Of a stretch of DNA of 64,000 bases, positions 58,325 through 64,000 are shown in pieces (the stretch's first letter is position 1; every line of letters begins with the position of its first letter). This DNA is from Eledone cirrhosa (Eukaryota). The stretch is taken from positions 91,016,001 to 91,080,000 of the forward strand of contig OZ024740.1 in the NCBI GenBank assembly GCA_964016885.1, written 5' to 3'. Made by a program: the position numbers and the translations under genes. The notes under the pieces were generated by a model. The model searched no databases, was not told the DNA's origin, and worked only from the letters and a program-made list of their open reading frames with translations.

Positions 58325-58325
<1 letters not shown>
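57720..58325 (-). mobile_element. Short non-autonomous RTE derivative (5' UTR-like part joined to the 3' end)
   Basis: 3' end encodes SVCTRVFKSLAGLKSHARSAH (eroded C-terminal C2H2 finger typical of RTE/BovB-like ORFs); GC-rich structured 5' region; no RT between them. Confidence 0.55.
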
Positions 58326-58384
<59 letters not shown>

Positions 58385-58386
<2 letters not shown>

Positions 58387-59093
58387 GAGTGTTGAAAGAT
58401 CACTGATGAAGGACCACTTTATTCATATGTAACCCATTTGCAACTCCGCAGCACGTTTATTCTCATATTTACACTTATTTGTTCCCCTCTGTGACCCGTC
58501 TATTTCGGTCTTACTGCTTCCTCTTTCTCTGTATATTTACCCTCTCTAACAGTCACTCTCTGTGTTAGCCCCTTCCTCACCCTTCACTCACTCACTGTTA
58601 CTACCTCTGCCCCTCCTCCTTCTTCCCGTTTGACCTGTGCGTAATTCTTTTCTTTCGCACGCTTGGCCAAGCCGCCGGCATTTTTTCTCTCTCTCGTCTA
58701 CGATTTCACAGAACTTATGTTTACCGAATTCGCCGACTAGACCCCTTCTTCCTCCCGTTAGACCTGTGCGAAATTACTTTCTTGCTCACATTTCAACCAG
58801 GTTTGATGATCTTTATTGTCCCTCGTTCACGATTTCACCGAACTTATATTCATAGAAATCTTTGGACTTGACTCGCTCTTCCTCACTTTTCTTTGCTTCA
58901 CCATATTTGTTTGTTTACACTCTCGCTGTTCCCTTTATTTACATGTCCCAACGACTTTGTTTAGCCGTTGCTCGCACCAACCGGGGGTATGTAGTATTTA
59001 AAGCGAAGAAATACCTATGATGGTTGGAAGATCACTGATGAAGGACCACTTTATTCATATGTAACCCATTTGCAACTCCGCAGCACGTTTATT

Positions 59094-59096
<3 letters not shown>
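58385..59096. mobile_element. Non-coding element with 70-bp terminal direct repeats in (TA)n
   Basis: aagatcactgatgaagg...cacgtttattct at 58397-58463 and 59028-59095; internal ~130-bp duplication at 58615-58850. Confidence 0.65.
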
Positions 59097-59161
<65 letters not shown>

Positions 59162-60147
59162 TAAATATCCCCTTGTGTGTATTAAGTTGGAGCCATAAGT
59201 GAGTTATCTCAGTGTTTTGTGGATTTGTTTATCTTTTGTGATGTTGGCTGTAGGTAGTAAAAACTGCATCTGTCATGCTCAATTCCACAAAGTGTGATGT
59301 TGATGTGCTAGAATTTAAAAGAATCATTAGCAGCAACAAAAGGAAATTCATAATAGTGGCGTGCATGAATGCATGCACACTAAGATTTTATGTAATAAAC
59401 ATCCATACGTTTCTTCTTACCTCAACATCAAGTTAACATACACCGTGAGCCTACTCATTTGTTATGCATAAAGGAATATACATACCTTTAACACACCCAC
59501 ACACTTTCATAAATAAAATCGAGAAACAGATCAGTAATCTGTTTTCAGAATGAAAGTGTACCGATAAGTTCACAGATGTGTGGGAAGAACAACGTGTTTG
59601 ATTCTACTGGAAAAATTGCACTTCCGTAACTTTTTGAACTATAAGAATATTTCCAAATAATCTGAAAGGAACATGATTGCGCTTCATGTTACCTTGATTT
59701 AAGCCCGTACTTGTCATATGCATCTCTCATCTGTCAGAAACTTCAGTGGTTAATGCATTCTTTGAATGAAATTGATTGCTTACAATTTAAATGATTTAAC
59801 GCTCTACAATAAATTTAGTGTTACGTTGATATTTTTTGTGATTGATGTCATTTTAAGTAATGAATTAAATCAGGCTGGGTGGTCATGTTGCTTATGACCT
59901 AACGGTTAGAATATATATTCCACTTTTTATTTTTTTAAATATACTAGTGTGCGGAAAATATAATACCACCTCGAATATGTTTACAGTTAATGTTCAAATT
60001 ATTTACCATGGGCTGTATGCGTATCTACTTTGACGGAACAGATTTCATCAAATATCACTTCGCTTTTTAATGGCCGCGAATGGCGCATATGACAATAAAT
60101 ACAGCATTTCCAGGAGAAATAATGTTATTACATATATATATATATAT

Positions 60148-60338
60148 GATAAGATTCAGGACCCTATGGCTGAGCTTCGGCCGTTTCGACAGCTATATCC
60201 GAACAGTTCGTATATAGCTGTCGAAACGGCTGAACTCAGCCGTTGGAGTACTGAATCTTTTCATATTACAAAGTCTACTAACTTAGTATCGAGTACTTTG
60301 GTTAGTAATGGTCTAATTAGTTTGTACCACATCCTATA

Positions 60339-60340
<2 letters not shown>
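60148..60340 (+). mobile_element. Fold-back half-hammerhead mini element, copy E (diverged subfamily)
   Basis: gccgtttcgacagctata..tatagctgtcGAAAcggctgaactcagccgtt plus a homologous tail. Confidence 0.7.
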
Positions 60341-60386
<46 letters not shown>

Positions 60387-60730
60387 AAATCTCCATATGT
60401 GTGTATTAAACTGGAACCATGAGAGCTTTATCTCAGAGACGGACGGGGTATAATAACAACATGCTGCTTCGATCGTCTCTAACTCAAAAATATAAACACA
60501 CATTTTGTTTCTGTTTTTCTTTGTTTACATTTTCCTTAAAGCCTCTTCGAATGTGTTTACCATCATTCCGTTGGTATACATCTATTATGCCATTTATACC
60601 TGAATATGTCACCGGATTCTAACGCAAACTTCCCAGGCAACCTTTCCACTGATAGTGTTTGCAGAAATAAATAATTAAGAAAATTAATTATATTTGTCCT
60701 CCTGCCATGCTACATTACAATATATAAATA

Positions 60731-60792
<62 letters not shown>

Positions 60793-61644
60793 TAATTACC
60801 AGACTGTAATCTAACCGGATTACATTTCTTACGCACACATCAGGTAATACAGTATATTTTACCATTTCATTTAGTATATGCTGATATTAAATATCATGTT
60901 TATTAAACAGTTATAAGTTATATTTCAAAGTATTTATCTGAACCAGCAATGTAGTGACTTCTTACATATTTGATTTTATTATACAGTGTTAATATATGCG
61001 CTGTCATATAAAATAAAAATAGAATATTTATTTTTACTTTTGGCACAAGGCCAACAATTACCCAGTACATGTGAATAAAACAATTCCGTCATACTTGTTT
61101 TAAGTCAGAAATAAGGTATTTGCCAGAAATCAGGTGAGAAATACACTCAATGCATCTTGGTATTTTGAAAGGAATCTTTCAGGTTATGTGGTATCGAAAC
61201 GCGATATAAAAAAAAAACCACAAATGCCTACTGATATGAAAGTCCAATCCACATGTCCAGATTGCGATAGATTCTGTCATTGGAAGGATGATAATTTTAA
61301 TTTTGGAATACGGGAATCAAACACGTTGCTAGCAAATAATAGATTATTCCTACATAGGAACATATGAGACGGTTAATCATATAGCAAAACCTTTCTTTGT
61401 ATTGAACATCAGCAGAAACATGTCTCAGCACAATGGCAATTTAAATGATTATGGATTAAATTAAAAAAATGCAGTAATTCATCAGGCGTCTATTAATGAA
61501 GAGCAGAGGCATGTTGAAACGTTCTACTAAAGAATCAAAGTTAGGAGCTCACATTCTACATACCTTAATTAAAAAAATATTTTCCATGTGTTCTTTTATT
61601 GTCATTTACACTAATAGACATTGATATAGGCTACTAGTTATTTA

Positions 61645-61860
61645 GGCGGCGAATTGGCAGAATGCTCAAAACGAAGTTAAATATAGAACCAGTCTATTAG
61701 TAAGATCGATATTTCCTCTATGTCTCTTTTACTCTTTGCCTGTCTAAATCTTTCCTCTTCCTTACAACTCTGAGTTCAAATCCCACTATTGTCAACTTTG
61801 CCTTTCATCCTTTCGGTGTCGACGGAATAATTAGCAGTCTAGTACTGGGATCGATATATT
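61645..61860 (+). mobile_element. tRNA-derived SINE (OK-type), diverged
   Basis: ggcggcgaattggcagaat head; ctgagttcaaatccc..gtcaactttgcctttcatcctttcggtgtcga core. Confidence 0.65.
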
Positions 61861-61899
61861 ATCTGTATCTATTTCTCACCCTTTCTTACTCTATCTCCT

Positions 61900-62745
61900 T
61901 CATACTCTGGAGGAAATAATATGTGTCCAGGCCTGATAGACATCGTCAGTGTTTTTGTTTAATGTCCGAAAAACACTGTTCCACAATACGGTTTACTAAC
62001 GCCCCGTAGTGAAGCATTTGTATGAAGAGAAAATGTTAAGGTCAGTTGCAATTTTCCTATATCCCAATATTATTACTTTCAGGTATTTCTATAAACAGTA
62101 GCTAACTCTTATTTAGAACAGTTGAGGAATTGTATGGTTCTCTCCGGCTCATAAGTGATGACTCCAGCCAGCATATTGGGTTAGGAAACCTTCAAAGGAA
62201 CCAGATTTTCCAGTTATGCAATCAGACTGGTACGTTTTCCATATGGTGCCCGAAGACGTGGTCCTCATAGAGCAGAATCCATAACTAAGCCTATTTTATA
62301 TTCTCAATTCTCACGGCATGAGCTAATAGCATAGTATATTGGATTTATAATCAATCACGTCATTCATCACCGTGTGGTGAACACGATCAATATTTTCTTC
62401 GTTGGCAGTGCAGGGCGTCACTTTCCCTCCTCCGTTCAACTGCCCTCTTTTGCACCGTTTATAAAACTGGAGCGGCACATATGTATGTAGTAAACAGATC
62501 AGCATGAATGTCTTTGGGGCGAAATTCTTTTGCTGCAGGCACTTGATAACACCCCGATTCCAAATGTTATCTATGTCAATAGTATGTTGATAGTAGATAA
62601 AGTTGAAGTCTTCTTTGAGCAATCGGATATCAATTTGCATAGAAAGAAACAATGTAGTTTTTAATAAGAAGAATATGAATTATCGCATGCAAGATTTCTC
62701 AGCTTTAGCATCGCCCCTTCAACTTATCAACGTTTCAAACCACCC
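61900..62745 (-). mobile_element. Mariner transposon remnant
   Basis: IWNRGVIKCLQQKNFAPK, EENIDRVHHTVMND (mariner HTH region) and a YEPE-like motif at ~62140-62160. Confidence 0.65.
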
Positions 62746-63186
62746 TTTATTTACTGAAATTCAATAATGATATAAGCAGATTTCAATTCAAGTTAGGGTT
62801 AGAAACATTTATAATTCAAATGTGTACATGAGGCGATATGTTGTATTTTCCTTTTCTTTAGGAGCGTGATAGAGGGTTGCGTGTTGAAATGCTCTCTACT
62901 AAGAATTGATAGCATTTGAGTTAGAAGTAATTGTGTAGGTCCGGCACGTTAGATAACGGCAAATATCACAGTGTGTAGTCATGCTATTTAACTAAATAGG
63001 AAGTTGGGACTTCGTTAAAAAAAGAAACATTGATTTTCTGCTTCACGTTCTTCTTATATTCGTTGGAAAGAGGAAAACATTGTATTTGTTTTCCCTACAT
63101 CTTTACATATGGCACATAGTAATTATACAAATTATTGTAACATATGGCAAACAATATCTCTCTCTATCAATCCAAATATGTAAACG

Positions 63187-63237
<51 letters not shown>

Positions 63238-63276
63238 ATATTAATAAATGGAAACTATATTTATAAAACCATATTT

Positions 63277-63339
63277 ATTTCATTATATGTATTTCAAGGA
63301 TACCATCTTACATTATGGTATGCCTTCATCAGACAAAAT
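63277..63339 (-). ncRNA. Type I hammerhead ribozyme near a (TA)n tract
   Basis: attttgt-CTGATGA-aggcataccat(aatgtaag)atggtatcctt-GAAA-tacata-TA-atgaaat. Confidence 0.7.
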
Positions 63340-64000
63340 ACAATATATAACAGTTTTATAAACACACATTGACGTACCCCTTTAAAAAATTGACTGTTGT
63401 TTTTGGAGGCCATCAGGATAGTGATTTGTTTACTTTAATAAGTCATAGTGTTAAGAGTAAGTAAAAAGATGGAGAGTGAGAGAAACGTGGAGAAAAGAAA
63501 GGGAGAGATAGATAAAGAAAAAGAAGAAAGCAAAAAGAAAAGAGAACAGAGGAAAAATAACGGGGAGATATCAAACCATCAGACAGAGAAAAGAATCCAG
63601 AGAGAGATATATAGAGATACAGAGAGGGGGGAGAGAACGAAAACCTTAAGTTATGTCATATTAAGTTGAGTTAACAATTGGGATGAAAAGCATAAATAAA
63701 ATTAGAAATATTAATATTCATGAATGGAATATAGATATATAATATGAGAAATTACACATTGTTTAATTATGATTAGATATTTAGTTTAAAATTGAGATCA
63801 ATATATTAAAAATTGGAATTTAACCATTATAAAATATATATATTGCTAGAGAGATTATCTATCGCATATTACATACACATAGGCAAAGGTACATAAATAT
63901 ATATATATACACACTCACTCAGAAAATACACATTATATCTACTCCCGCACATAATATATATATACAAAGCATAAGTGATTTTTTATTTATTGCCATACAT

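Noticed and set aside
61470-61535. Hammerhead-like words (CTGATGA on minus; atgaaga..GAAAcgTTC on plus), also CTGATGA at ~25687-25693 on minus
   Set aside because: Core incomplete or stems I and II cannot be paired convincingly.

Overview
Eukaryotic, AT-rich, (TA)n-saturated DNA, most likely octopus/cephalopod (inferred from the tRNA-derived SINE types and repeat landscape). No host protein-coding gene is supported; almost everything is mobile DNA. It contains degraded Tx1-like LINEs (1-6.9 kb, 22.6-25.2 kb), several Penelope-like element (PLE) families, CR1, RTE and R4 fragments, a complete hAT transposon with TIRs and an 8-bp TSD (41022-45191), a mariner remnant, two tandem non-autonomous Helitrons and SINEs. 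The standout signal is RNA structure: about a dozen clearly recognisable type I hammerhead ribozymes (HHR; CUGANGA...GAAA...UH with pairable stems) plus degenerate ones, from about 10 unrelated sequence families. They occur in (i) PLE pseudo-LTRs, (ii) three different ORF-less partial-tandem units of about 417, 525 and 546 nt that look like retrozyme/circular-RNA replicons, and (iii) five copies of a ~200-bp fold-back element whose palindrome is centred on a hammerhead stem II and keeps only the 3' half of the ribozyme. Many PLE-derived insertions are fold-back palindromes, with arms up to 2.1 kb, inserted in (TA)n. All ribozyme calls come from manual pairing and are untested; boundaries are approximate unless a TIR/TSD is quoted.
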